Positions 1 to 11,800 of a DNA stretch of 64,000 bases are shown here, piece after piece. The number at the start of each line of letters is the position of its first letter. Position 1 is the first letter of the stretch. The DNA comes from Oikopleura dioica (Eukaryota > Animalia > Chordata): positions 8,742,001-8,806,000 of the forward strand of contig OU015569.1 in the NCBI GenBank assembly GCA_907165135.1, given 5' to 3'. The translations under genes were made by a program, and so were the position numbers. Under the pieces are notes generated by a model. It worked only from the letters and a program-made list of their open reading frames with translations. It was not told the origin of the DNA and did no database searches.

Positions 1-229
1 CATGCCCATTTGACCTTGAAATTGATAAATAGCTAGGAAAATGTAAACTCACTTGCACTCCATGATCGTATGAGAAATTCGAAATCTTCGTTGACTGTTC
101 AGAAGTCCCATTAAAAGATAGAAGGTATGGGTCATTTGCCATCGTCCATTGGTTCAAAATAAGCAAGCTTTCTGATGCGGCCGTTACACTCACAGCTAGA
201 AATGCGCATATCCTTGCTGAAATTCTCAT
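1..229 (-). CDS. 5' end of a hypothetical secreted protein (runs off the window)
   Basis: ATG at 229 opens MRISARICAFLAVSVTAASESLLILNQWTMANDPYLLSFNGTSEQSTKISNFSYDHGVQ, a signal-peptide-like start followed by a GTGAGT donor near position 53. No family recognised. Confidence 0.4.
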   Translation of the reverse strand, partial: MRISARICAFLAVSVTAASESLLILNQWTMANDPYLLSFNGTSEQSTKISNFSYDHGVQVSLHFPSYLSISRSNGH

Positions 230-378
230 TTTTTTCTATATCAAAAAGAATTGAAAAATTTAAATTTCATTTTTGAGCAGCTGTTTTTTCCCATCGTTTA
301 TTTACGTGGAAGATCTTTTGGGTAAAATTTACAATTTTGCGTCGTATTTTTTTCAATTCTCATTTTTGATAAATTCCA

Positions 379-1152
379 ATGCGAATTTTGAAGAAGTCGC
401 TTTTCCTCTACCCTTTTTTCGTCGATGGAAAGAGCCAGTTTCATGCAGAGAGCCCAGAAGACTGCAAGATAGGGTTCTAAAAACGGCAATAATGATATAA
501 ATCACTTGAAAATTATCGAACCCTGCGTAGAGAGTCTGTGAGCTATCAAGAAGTTGCAATTACTGGAATTTTTCGAAAACTGAAAGGAGAACAGAAGGCT
601 TTGATTTCACTTGCGAATTGATTAATTCCGGAAAAAGGGTTACCGGAGTTTCATTTAGAAAATCTGATGCTGCGGTCGAAGAGGTATAAAAGAGGGAAAA
701 TTTTGACTTCTTTATTGATAAGTTTTTCTGCGGAAGTTTTGTTGAATTGTTGGATCAATCATTGGAATCCTGCCGTTTTGAAATCAACGAAGAGAACTAC
801 ACAAACGAACCAATTTACGGACATATTTACACAAAGACGGAAGGCGATTGTGAAGGTTTTTTTCGGAAATTTATACAGATGAAAAAATTCAAGTTTAGAA
901 ATATTTGACAAATGCAAGAGCTGCCAACATTTCCGATGGACAGAAGTATACTCCGAATTGGAAAACAACATCAGTCAAGAAGTGCGGTTTTATGCAGGTT
1001 ATTGCCAGCTCCAGAACAAGGTGAAAATTATCGTCAGCAAATTATACGCTAACAATGCTTACTAGCCTCAATACACAGCGCGTCAGATGCGCGACATCCT
1101 GGAAGAAGAAAGCGAAGAGATTCAACGAATAATGCTCAAGGAATACTACTAA
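379..1152 (+). CDS. Small secreted protein with a PAN/apple-like Cys pattern (multi-exon)
   Basis: Hand-spliced: MRILKKSLFLYPFFVDG..HAESPEDCKIVCELSRSCNYWNFS..FTCEL (C-x3-C-x5-C..C, PAN-like) ... ENFDFFIDKFFCGSFVELL.. EIFDKCKSC.. PQYTARQMRDILEEESEEIQRIMLKEYY* (TAA 1150-1152). Several short introns; some boundaries are ambiguous. Confidence 0.45.
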
Positions 1153-1976
1153 AATCGCAATAATCAGAATCAGCTTCCCTATTTTTCTCGAACCTGTCCT
1201 CGGCGCAATAAAAGTGCCTCAATGTCGATAATCCGCGACATCTGAGTACTACCTGTGCTCAATCATCTTAATTTAATCTTTTACGATCTGATAATAGCGC
1301 AATGGCTTTGCAAACACAATCATGGCCTTATTTTAACTTTTATCCAACTAATTCCGGGAAAATTATTATTGATCGTTCTCTGGCGAAAGAACCGTAAAAT
1401 AATTCTTCGTAGATTTTCAAGTGTCATTGTTGGACAGACTCAATTTGTCAAAGTAGAGTAGAAGATAAGAAGGCTAACATATTTAGCCAAATTCAATTAT
1501 TCCGCGCTTCGAAATTGATTTTACGCTCTTGCTACTGGTTATCTCCGGTCAAAAAAAATTCAACTCAAATGATCTCTTTAAATTTTCTGTATGTCGATCA
1601 AATTCTTTAGAAGATTAGATTTTTCAATTTTCATGCAAGCAAGAGTTATTTTTACCGTTTCCGGGTGAAAGGAAATTAATACTTTTTACGTATCACTTTT
1701 CACGCTTTGAATCTATTGTGACGATCTTCCGGTCTGGTTTTTATCTATTATCTATTATTTAATAAAGATCAATTAGCAAAGCTATAAGTGCCGTAATAAC
1801 TGGCTATTAGCCTTTTGAACTGTGCAGGGAGCCCATTGAACTGATCCTTTTGGAGGTAAATTTCTCTAAAAAAGGCTCTTCGTAGTGAAACGCGAGAGGT
1901 ACGGATGTCAGATAAGACCGAAATTAAAAAGATCGCTGAAATTATTTCTAGAGGCCTGCGTATCGTTTTTCATCCC

Positions 1977-1998
1977 GCTCAGAGTCTGAGCCTCAGAC
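1977..1998. repeat. 22-bp overlapping double palindrome (X-n-X'-n-X), X=CTCAGA
   Basis: gCTCAGAgTCTGAGcCTCAGAc: two 7-1-7 palindromes with centres at 1984 and 1991. Confidence 0.9.
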
Positions 1999-2326
1999 GA
2001 ATACGATACCGATATTTAGCGTTTACAAGTAGCTTTCACGAAAATCCACAATTTTCCGCTAATATTGAGACATAAGATTGAGGAAGAACGGAAGGTCTAT
2101 GACGAGTCAAAGTTATAATTTTAACATTTAATTAGGTTGCGCTCTAAACAGCACTTACTTACATCACCAAAGTTCATCAATAAATAATAATGTGAAGCAA
2201 CGGTCCGCTGAATAGAAATAATAAGCAGTGATTGGCTTTATTGCAGAATCGTAAAAGTTAGATTTCGGTCTTAGAATAATCGAATCAGCTTCACTACGGC
2301 GACTTATATTAACGTTAGTCGTTTAC

Positions 2327-2348
2327 ACTCTCACTGAGAGTCTCTCAG
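2327..2348. repeat. 22-bp overlapping double palindrome, X=CTCTCA
   Basis: aCTCTCAcTGAGAGtCTCTCAg: centres at 2334 and 2341. Confidence 0.9.
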
Positions 2349-4865
2349 AGCGGCTCATTATGTTAGTCTATTTAATACGTATGCTAAGTTTCCTGGCGCG
2401 ACAACAGTTTTACAAATGAGGTGCCGTCTTTTTTGGCGATATAAACCAATATTAATCTCATCTTGCGACATCGGAATTGCGAACGTTATCAGAGGTCAAA
2501 ACTCCAAATCAGAGGGTCGGATCATCTCGGACCAAAGTCGGATGACGACTCTTTTCCGTTATCTTTAATTTCGATTAATTTTCGAGGAAAATGGCCGCAA
2601 TTTTTATCGACCTGAATCAATTATGATTGAAATAGTGATCTCCACACTCCCATAGAATCACTCGCCTGATCAGAATTGCTCGCTTTCTGAAAATTTTTTG
2701 GAAAATATCGTGGAAATTTGCTGTAGCTTGAAAGCTGCTAGTGAGAATATCTGTTTAGAAGAACAGTCAAAACTTCATGGGCCTAAAGATTACAAGCAGG
2801 ATCAATTATAAACTCATAAGGGAAGCTCGCGCTGCCTGGGCGTTAGGAGGTGGCGGTGGTGCGCGTTTACGGGCAGTGATTGAATCCGTCCTGACTGGTT
2901 TAGACCGTTGCGGGAAGCAGCACCTGAAACGAGTCAGCGAAGCCGAGCAAGATGTCGACTAACCCGATTTTTTTTTATTCTGCACAGCGGCCTAAGCCAC
3001 GGTTATCTTTGACAAGCGCTATCAAGGACAAAAGATAGCAGAAAGACTTCTTTTCTGAGCTTAATCTTATGATTGACAGCTTTCCACTCTTACAATCTCA
3101 TTAAATAGCTTTCTTTTTCGTCGTCAAAAATTATTATTAAAAATTTTTAATATAAAACTAAGATCAGTTTTTAAATTTTCTAGAAAGAGGAGGTTATTTG
3201 AGTCAGGTAACCCGTCAACGACGTTTGTTTTTGAAATAATAGCTAATGCTCATATCCAAAGGAACAAAAGACAAAATGATTGAAACCTAAATCTATTTTC
3301 AGATTTACAAATTCAAATCCTTCTCAACTGATAAGCAAGAACGCCGGAGACTAAGCATCGTATGTCCATGTAAAATCAGAGGCTGTCAATATAGAAAGAT
3401 CGATTGAATTTCTTTCGGCCGGTGCTATGAGCGTTTAAAATGGCTCTAGAACGAATTTGCTATTCGATTTTCGAAATTCAGAAAAAGTCTTTTCGCATTA
3501 TTCCGACCAGTTTACTACACTATCAATAATCATCTCATGTTCAATTGACCGCGTTCGATAATCCAAAAACTTTTCTAAAGGAAATAAAATGTGAAAAGTG
3601 GTGATGGATTTAGCTGTGTTTGTTACTTAGCCCATCATCGTCAAATATTTCATCCTCAGATTTTCAAATAAATACCGTGTCTAACTGCCAGGAATAATAT
3701 TTAAATTTCGGCATGAATTGAGTTTTCTGACCTGAACTTGGTTTCGAAATTAAGAATCTTGAATAACGGCAGTCGAAACTTCGGGAAACTCAGCAGATCT
3801 GATCGGTTCGTCATACGTTTTTATAGACCACTTTAAATTCTTAAGACGATTTATATTATTATTAGAGGCTAGGGGCTTTCATGACTTCTGCCCATAATAA
3901 ACTCATGTGATGTAAGGTGATTAAGAGCTGGGCGAGGTGGCTTTTTGCGTTCAAAAATCATAATTACATGACGAAAGCATTTTTAAGATTGGTTATTAGA
4001 AGAGTGTTTATTGCTGACCGCAGCAAGCCGGTCAAGGTTCTACTGTTTATTCATATAAGAGTTGCTGGTTTGGGACAAAAATAGCTTTGAAAATAAACGC
4101 ACGGCCGCTTGTTCTTGCTTCTGACTGCAGAAATGGCGAGGCTTGGTATTTTCGACCGCGGATACTACCCGCAGAAACATGCTTCAAATGTCTCGATTAT
4201 TCCAAGTTGAAACCATTTAACTTGAAACTCGAAAGAGAAGTCAAATCTCCAAATCAGACGCTTTGAGCGAAAGACAACAAAATTTCACAATCATTTATCT
4301 TCGTGCTGCGTATTTCAAACCGATCATAAGACAATATTGGGCGCGAACGATAAAAACGTCGCAATAAACTAATTCATTTTATTAATATGGGAAGAAAAGT
4401 GGAGATCATCAGACATTCGTTAAATAGTTTAATCTGTAATCGAAAGAAATAAAAACTTTAGAAGGCATGCTTTTAACCCGTTATTACATTAATTCGCATG
4501 ATTCTGTACATGAGCAGGAGAAGATGTCATTAAATCCCCCTAGCCACTAATAATAATATAAATTGTCATAACAATTTATAGTGGCCAATAAAAACGTATG
4601 ACGAGGTCATCAAATCTTCTGAGTTTCCGGAATTTGGAAATTATGTGTTGTTGGTACACATTTGAACTAATGATCGAGAGTGAAAAATATACTCTATATA
4701 ACTTATATACGATAATATCGGGAAGTCTAGAACCATAAAAATAACAGCAGGTCAGGAGTCGGGATATAGATGCGGTTAGCGGTCGGAAATGTATTATTTT
4801 TAGGGTCTGTTAAATGATCGGAAAGGGAAGCATCTAACTGCGCGAAAATACTCAGTTTTAGCAAC

Positions 4866-4887
4866 CGTATGAATCATACGGTATGAT
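4866..4887. repeat. 22-bp overlapping double palindrome, X=GTATGA
   Basis: cGTATGAaTCATACgGTATGAt: centres at 4873 and 4880. Confidence 0.9.
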
Positions 4888-5822
4888 ATCGTAAATAACG
4901 ATTATAGGCATGCTTCTGTTATTTCCGTGCAGTTTCTTCTAGGTCAAGCGAATAAGCGTTTTACGCGCATCTCAGATGAAGCCCCGATAAGATCCGACTG
5001 AACGATTTTATGCCAGTTCGAGCTTGACGTCTGAGAGAATACTGTAGCTTGTTTTGAAGGAAAGGCTGAGATATTATTACGGAAACTGTCTCGTAGAACT
5101 TGAATCTAATAAATATATTAAGATTGCCTTATCAAATACAGTCTACGATCGTTTATCTCGGAATTTAAATCTAGAATTTTCGGCAATCATTAAGACCAGC
5201 ATAACGCAAGAAAATTATTGGGGCTTTAGCTCCAACTTCGCGTAAAAACTCTGCGGCGCCCTCTTCATTATCAGCCGATTTTTCTGACCGGAGCAGACCA
5301 AAGCTCATTGCACTTGAAGGTATCCTGGTGGTAAGTCGAATATTTATTCTTTTGATTTTATGCACAGAGAAAGAGAAACCCGACTAGAATTAAGGAATCT
5401 TTTATAATGACGATAATAACGAGGCTTATTAGAGAACAGTTGTTTTGATGATAAACAATCGATTATTGAAGGCTACATGATTTTATACCATCGAGCTCCA
5501 AAAATGATCTAAAAGCTTTGAATAAATGGCTGGAAAAAAGATTTGAAGAAAAATCCTGAAGATTTAGTGTGGCTTAGCTCGTTAGTTTATCTCTTTATTT
5601 GCCATAATTACGAGATTTACTAGTTCTTTCTTGTTTTAGCAAGACTTTTTACGAAAAACGTAATTAGATTCGATCGGACACAGACTTTTATTTGTGTCCA
5701 AAAGTGTTAATGAAAGGGGAAGAGCAGTAAAATGATGAACATAAAAACTTTATCATCGTACGCGTCTTTTATTCGACGCAAAAACAAGCATCAGAGAAAG
5801 TAAAACCTAAGAATTGTTTTAG

Positions 5823-8800
5823 ATCCAATAATCAAGTGCAAGGATGCGTTCTGTCCTACTGGGTTTGATAACCCAGTTAAGGGCTAGTCCCACGGACGAT
5901 TTCTTCTTTTTTTCACAAGCTGCTCCTGGCGAGAAGTTTTGCTTCACTCCTCCAACGGATGATGAATTTGGTGAGAACAAGTTGCCAAAAATAAAAGCTC
6001 TATTAAATATTTAGCTATTTACAACCTCAAAAATATTGAAAACGACGATGTCGTCGCACTGATGGACTGTCAAGTAGTTTACAATCAGTTCATGGGCGAT
6101 AGGTACCTTCTTCCCAATTTTTACGTCGAAAACTTACATTCGTTTTTTAAGTCTTGAGCCTGCTCCACTGTCTGCTGCTAACAACCTCCCCAAAGCGGTC
6201 GAATGCAGTGTTCCCGATTCAGCAGAAGTGGGCGATATCTTCTCCCTCAGCTGGTCCGAGGAAGATGGCGAAGGGTTTTCTCACGACACAATTGAAGTGG
6301 TCGACCGAGAGGGTATTCTTCAGCTTCCAAGCGAGGAAGGGATCTCTTGCTGGCGACGAAAGAGCATTCGAAAGCAAGAACGTATTCGAGCCCTTGCTGC
6401 TGGTCGCTCTAATGGTGGCCGAGCAAGACGAGGCGCAAACCCGTCCATCGACTCTCTCGTTCCCCGTCAAGCTTCTCCTAATGGCGGTACCATCATCACT
6501 ATCGTCGGTCAAAACCTCAAATCAAAAATGATCGATATTGGAGGAGTCCAATCTGAGTCAGAAGATCAGGGAGAAACCTTTGAGATCTGGTTTGGACGAG
6601 ACTGGCACGATGGAAAGGGGGAGACTAAAATCCCATGCAGAATCGACAGAATGTTGGGGCTTCACTTGGAAAATATGTCAGGCGTCGACACTGTATCCTG
6701 TGTCGTGGATAAAATCCAGCGTCCAGGTCATTACTGGATCCGAATGATTATCGATAACAACGATAAAATCATTTATGGAACACACGTCTACTTCGCTGAG
6801 TCCGCCGCTCCATCTATCAGCCTTATGTATCCATCCGCTTCATCACCAGCAAAGCCTTCGGACGCCTACGATTACGAAGGTGTCTACTGGACAAGCTGGT
6901 ATGACGTTGATACCGACGAAGATGGTGTCCAGGATGAATCAATCAACAAGCACTGGGAGTCTAATGCTATGGAAATGCAATACTGCATCAATCCTCTTGG
7001 CATTGAAGCGATCAACAAGAGAACCGGACTTCCCTTTGTAAACTCCGCCAACGAAAATGCCGACGGAAACGCCATCGCAACCTACTTTAATACTCTCCAA
7101 GGTTTCAAATGTGAAGACGCGTCACAGACTGTCGACAGCATTACTTGCCCAGACGTAAAAATCAGATACAAATGTCTCCCAGGTCTTCGAGAGTTCAAAG
7201 GTCGAATCTACACTGATGTCCACGGTCGATCTGATCATCCAGAGTTCCATATTAACAGAATTATGGAGACTCCGAAAATTGTCAACGAAAATGACGGATT
7301 CAAAGCAACTGCTCAAATTTTCCTCAATGACGGACAGAACTGCGGTGATCATCCCAACTGTGGTGTGAACGAGCGCCTTCCAATGAAAGTAACCAATGGA
7401 GATAATGGTATTATCCGATACGTCGGTGATATCTCCATTCCTGGTGGATACAATTTCACATACCAAGTCTTCCACAATGGTTTCTCAATGACAAACAAGC
7501 GAAACTTGAACTACATGACCAATGAGGATCTCATTCCCGTCACTTACGAAGTTTACCCCCAGATCGACAGCATCAATCCACAAATGGGGTCGGTTGAAGG
7601 AGGAACTCTCATCACTATCACGGGATCTGGTTTTGTTGAAGATGGTCTCGGGGGCGATGTCAACGTCAAACTCGGAGATGATCTTTGCGAGATTGTTTCA
7701 ATGACTGAGCGAGAAATTATCTGTCGAACTGCTGCGAAGGCCGAAGAGCCAGTCACTTTCCCTGAGAATCGAGTTTTTACTCCTTTCTTTAATCTTGGAC
7801 ACTCGGATAATGGAATCATCAACAAGTGGGAAGGCGAGGCTTATGGGTTCACAGTCAAAAATAAGGCTCAATGCGAAGATCTCTGTCGAATCGATGCTTC
7901 CTGTATCATGTGGGTCTTCCACGATAGTAACTGCTATCACCACAACTTAGCCACTCAATCCGTTGATGCTTCTTACCATACAGATCATTATCAGATGGAC
8001 ACGTGGGACGGTGCTGAAGGTGGATACATCGCATGGACCGATCGAGTAAATGAGCAAGATTGCTTCTCCGGACGGGGCGAAAAATACGTCGGAAACGTCG
8101 CTGTGACCAAGCATGGGAATTCCTGTAAATCTGGCACATTCTGCCGAAATCCGGATCCACTTAACCAAGTGAAGCCTTATTGTGAGACTGATGATGGATC
8201 ACACGAGGCATGCAATATTCTCTACTGCTCGAATACACTTGGTAAATACGCGGGTAATCGTGGATCAGAGGTCAAAGTTCAAAAAGCGTACAGATGGCGA
8301 AGAGAACTCGATGCGCTTGACTATCCAGAAGCACGATACAGCGCTCCAGGATGGTCATGGACTAATGAAAACATGGCTTTCTCTTTCTACAAGTTTTACG
8401 GTGAATTCTTCGGAAACGCAGGTTCTGACTACCGGCTACGTGCTAAGAACTACTTCATTGCCCCCTTCGATGGTGTATTTTCATTCCATCTTCGAGGAGA
8501 TGACGCTCACGATCTATCTGTGGTCAATGATGACGGCTCTTTCGAAAGTATCGCAAGAAGCACATGGTGGGCATGTCACGTCGATGACGATTGCGAAACC
8601 CCGGCAGATTTCTCTCGACAGTTCACATTCGTCAAAGGCGACAAAATAAAACTTGTTGTCTCCTACACTGAAAACAGCGGGAACGATCACGCCACTGTCG
8701 GAGTTCACTACCACGGCAAAACTGCAGACTCCGGTACATGGCACGATACTGTTCCAAGAAATGAATGGCAGCAAGATAATTACGTCTACGATCGACAACA

Positions 8801-11800
8801 ACTGCGAGTTCGACAAACCGGAAAGAAAGACGGATTCTGGATTTTCTTCAATCACGCTCTCGGTGTTCAAGATGGAAGCGCGATTCCCGACGGAGAAACA
8901 TGGGACAGTTCTCGAGACCCAGAATTTAACATCAAGTGGTGCGGTGACAACAACAACTGCTTCGAAGCTGATATTGATGGAAAGGCAAGCAACTGGAAAG
9001 ATAATATGGAAGATACAATCAACTCATGGTTTGAACCAGAATGCTCAGTCTCAGGAAACATGAACCCTCTTCGATACTATGGTGGTTATGAAAACGATCA
9101 AAAATACGATTGGCCAGGACAACATCATTTTGTCAACTACCGAAATAGTATGTGCGGAAGAAAAGTTCATGAGACACACAATCATGACTTCTGGAACACA
9201 CATTTGGGTGGCAAATTCAACACTGACAATGAAAACGATGTTTGCTTTGCATACGAGGGTATCATCGACAAGTTCAGAGTTTACGGTGAATTTACCTACA
9301 CTAATGATGAAGGACAGACCAAGACATTCAAGGACTGGATGAGCCAACCAGTAAACTGGCAATCAAAAGGAACATACAAGCATATTTGCTTCAAGATCAC
9401 CGACACTATTGCACCCGGAAACTACTACGATGGGAATCCACTCACAAGTGGCATCACTGTCTACAATATGCGAGTTGAAAACGGCGATCTGTCAAACATT
9501 TACATTGATGAACTCCGAGTTGGAAAAATGCGAAGTCAAATCTCAGTTACCCAAACTAGAAAACCGCTTTCTTTCGGTGGCCAGGTTCCTACCAAAGTTG
9601 ACCTTGGATTCGCTTCAAATTACTGGTGGGGTCGATACATCCACATGGAGATCAAAACTTGGGCTGAAAACGCATTCTGCGGCACAAGCGCTCCTCTCCC
9701 ACAAATTCGTCCCATCGCGTCTAAAAGTGGAATCGTTAACGAAGGCCCAAATAATCCGACGTACGGTTCTAACTGGGAAAATGCTAATCCTGCTCTTGAA
9801 CTCAATCATTGGGGTGGTTTCGCCGAAGCTTTTACTTACGATGTTCAAAACAAGGACTTTTATATGATTGATCTTGACTACAAAAATATCCTCACGAATC
9901 CAGTGCAAAGATCAATGTTCCGCGTTTGGGTCTTCCGAAGAGACGAAATGCCGAGCAAGCTTGAAAATGTTCCCGTTGAAATCGGAATGGAAGGAAGCTC
10001 AGAAAAACTTAATGTCAACTTCGGTTATGATTACTGGCCAATGATGTTGAAGAATGATCTGATTGCTACCTGGCCTGAGCTAGGAGAAGACGGCTTACAT
10101 ATTGACACCTGGAGAAATGGTTGGTGTAACGAAGGCTATTACTATACCATAAGAACCAGACAACATGGTAACATGAAAGCTCTTACCTTTACGGCTAATC
10201 CGCCAGCTGGCTATTACATCCGACCAGATCATAAGCAAATGTGGGATCATCATTCTGCGGTTCCTACGGACATCATTCCAGGATCCGTCATCGCTACTCA
10301 TCACAAAGTTCCACAGGTTGTCGTCACTGCTAACGGACAAAGATCTGCTTGCAAAAACTGCGATTACCAATTTTTGAACAGATACACTCCAGTTCTAAAC
10401 TCAGTATCTCCTTCTTCTGGCGCTATTACTATGGGCGATTCGATCGTCTTCGAAGTGAATGTAAAGGACTACACTGGAGACTTGACTGAGTTCTCTGCTA
10501 CTGTTGGCGGAGTCGAAGTTGCTGACTGCTCTTTCACTGAAGCTGATAACGCAGGCGATCGAGTTCTTACTGTCTCTTGCAGTATTGGCGCAACCGGCGC
10601 AGGCTCCAACCACGAAATTGTCGTTCAATTTTTCGATTTGGGCGTTATGACTTCCTCGAGCACATTAACTGTGGCTACTGCTGTTACAAGCTCTTCTCCA
10701 TCAGAAGGATCCAGACACGGTGGCACCATTGTTACAGCTCAGGGAACTGGCTTCTATCAAGGACAAACAGTGCAGGTTAACTTCAACGGAGCTTCTGTCA
10801 ACTGCGATTCTACCGGTCTTGAAGTCACTTATACCGAAATGAAGTGTCGAACTGCAGCCAACGGTGGTTCTTCTGCTACAAGTCCTCAACTAGATAATGT
10901 GTCGCCTAATAAGCTTACTGTTCTTGGAGGCGAACGAATTACTCTTACCGGTTCTGATTTCACTTCTGAGTGTGACGATAGCGTTGTCTACATCGGCGAT
11001 GCTACTGCTAGGACTATTTCCTGGACTGACACTGAAATTATCGCGGTCGCCCCCGCGCAAGCCCATCAAGCTTCGCGAGCTGTCAGAGTCTACGTCTGCA
11101 ACATTGGAGAATCTAACAGTGTCAATGTTAACACTCGATTCCAGGTTACTGGCGTCAGCTCAACATTTTCGTCCCTCGCTGGTGGCAACATGATTACTGT
11201 CAGCGGACATGGATTTGCTTCTATGGCCGAGACTTCTGGAGATGGTTCGCTTTGGGCAGCTGTCGGAAACTACCCATGCAAAATCAGTGATGTCACTTAC
11301 AACAGCTTTGTCTGCAAAACTGCTCCATACAATAACCGCGTTGAGCTTCAAGTAACTGGTAGCGGTATTTACCGAAATGGCGTCAAAGTCGACATGGTCG
11401 AAATCGAAAAAGGAACAGAAGTGTTATGGAGATGGAGAATCGCCATCAGCGGTGTTGTTCCATATGTAAGACTGCAGCGAACTTCTGCGGCCGGTGATGC
11501 CGAGACTAGCAATGGACAATACTGGAGTCCTCAATTCCAAGGAGATGAAGGAAAATTCGTCAAATTTTTCACTGGAAAAGGAACCTATCATTATTCTACT
11601 GGGCTTATCGATTCTGCCACAATCTTCTCCAGCAGCACACTCAAGGTTGTTGATGCAACTGACAAACCACTTGAGTTTTCTGTTCAAATGAACGGTTTCC
11701 ACGCTGAAGTTGCTAATTTCAATACCAATCAGCCAAGCCATGCGTGTGAGAATGTTGGAACTTCTACTGCTATGCCACCAGCTGAAGCAGGACCTTGGAT

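Noticed and set aside
1200-5800. Many GATA motifs (about 20 WGATAR seen) upstream of the giant gene
   Set aside because: About 16 are expected by chance at this AT content; there is at most a mild AGATAA excess, which is not enough to call.
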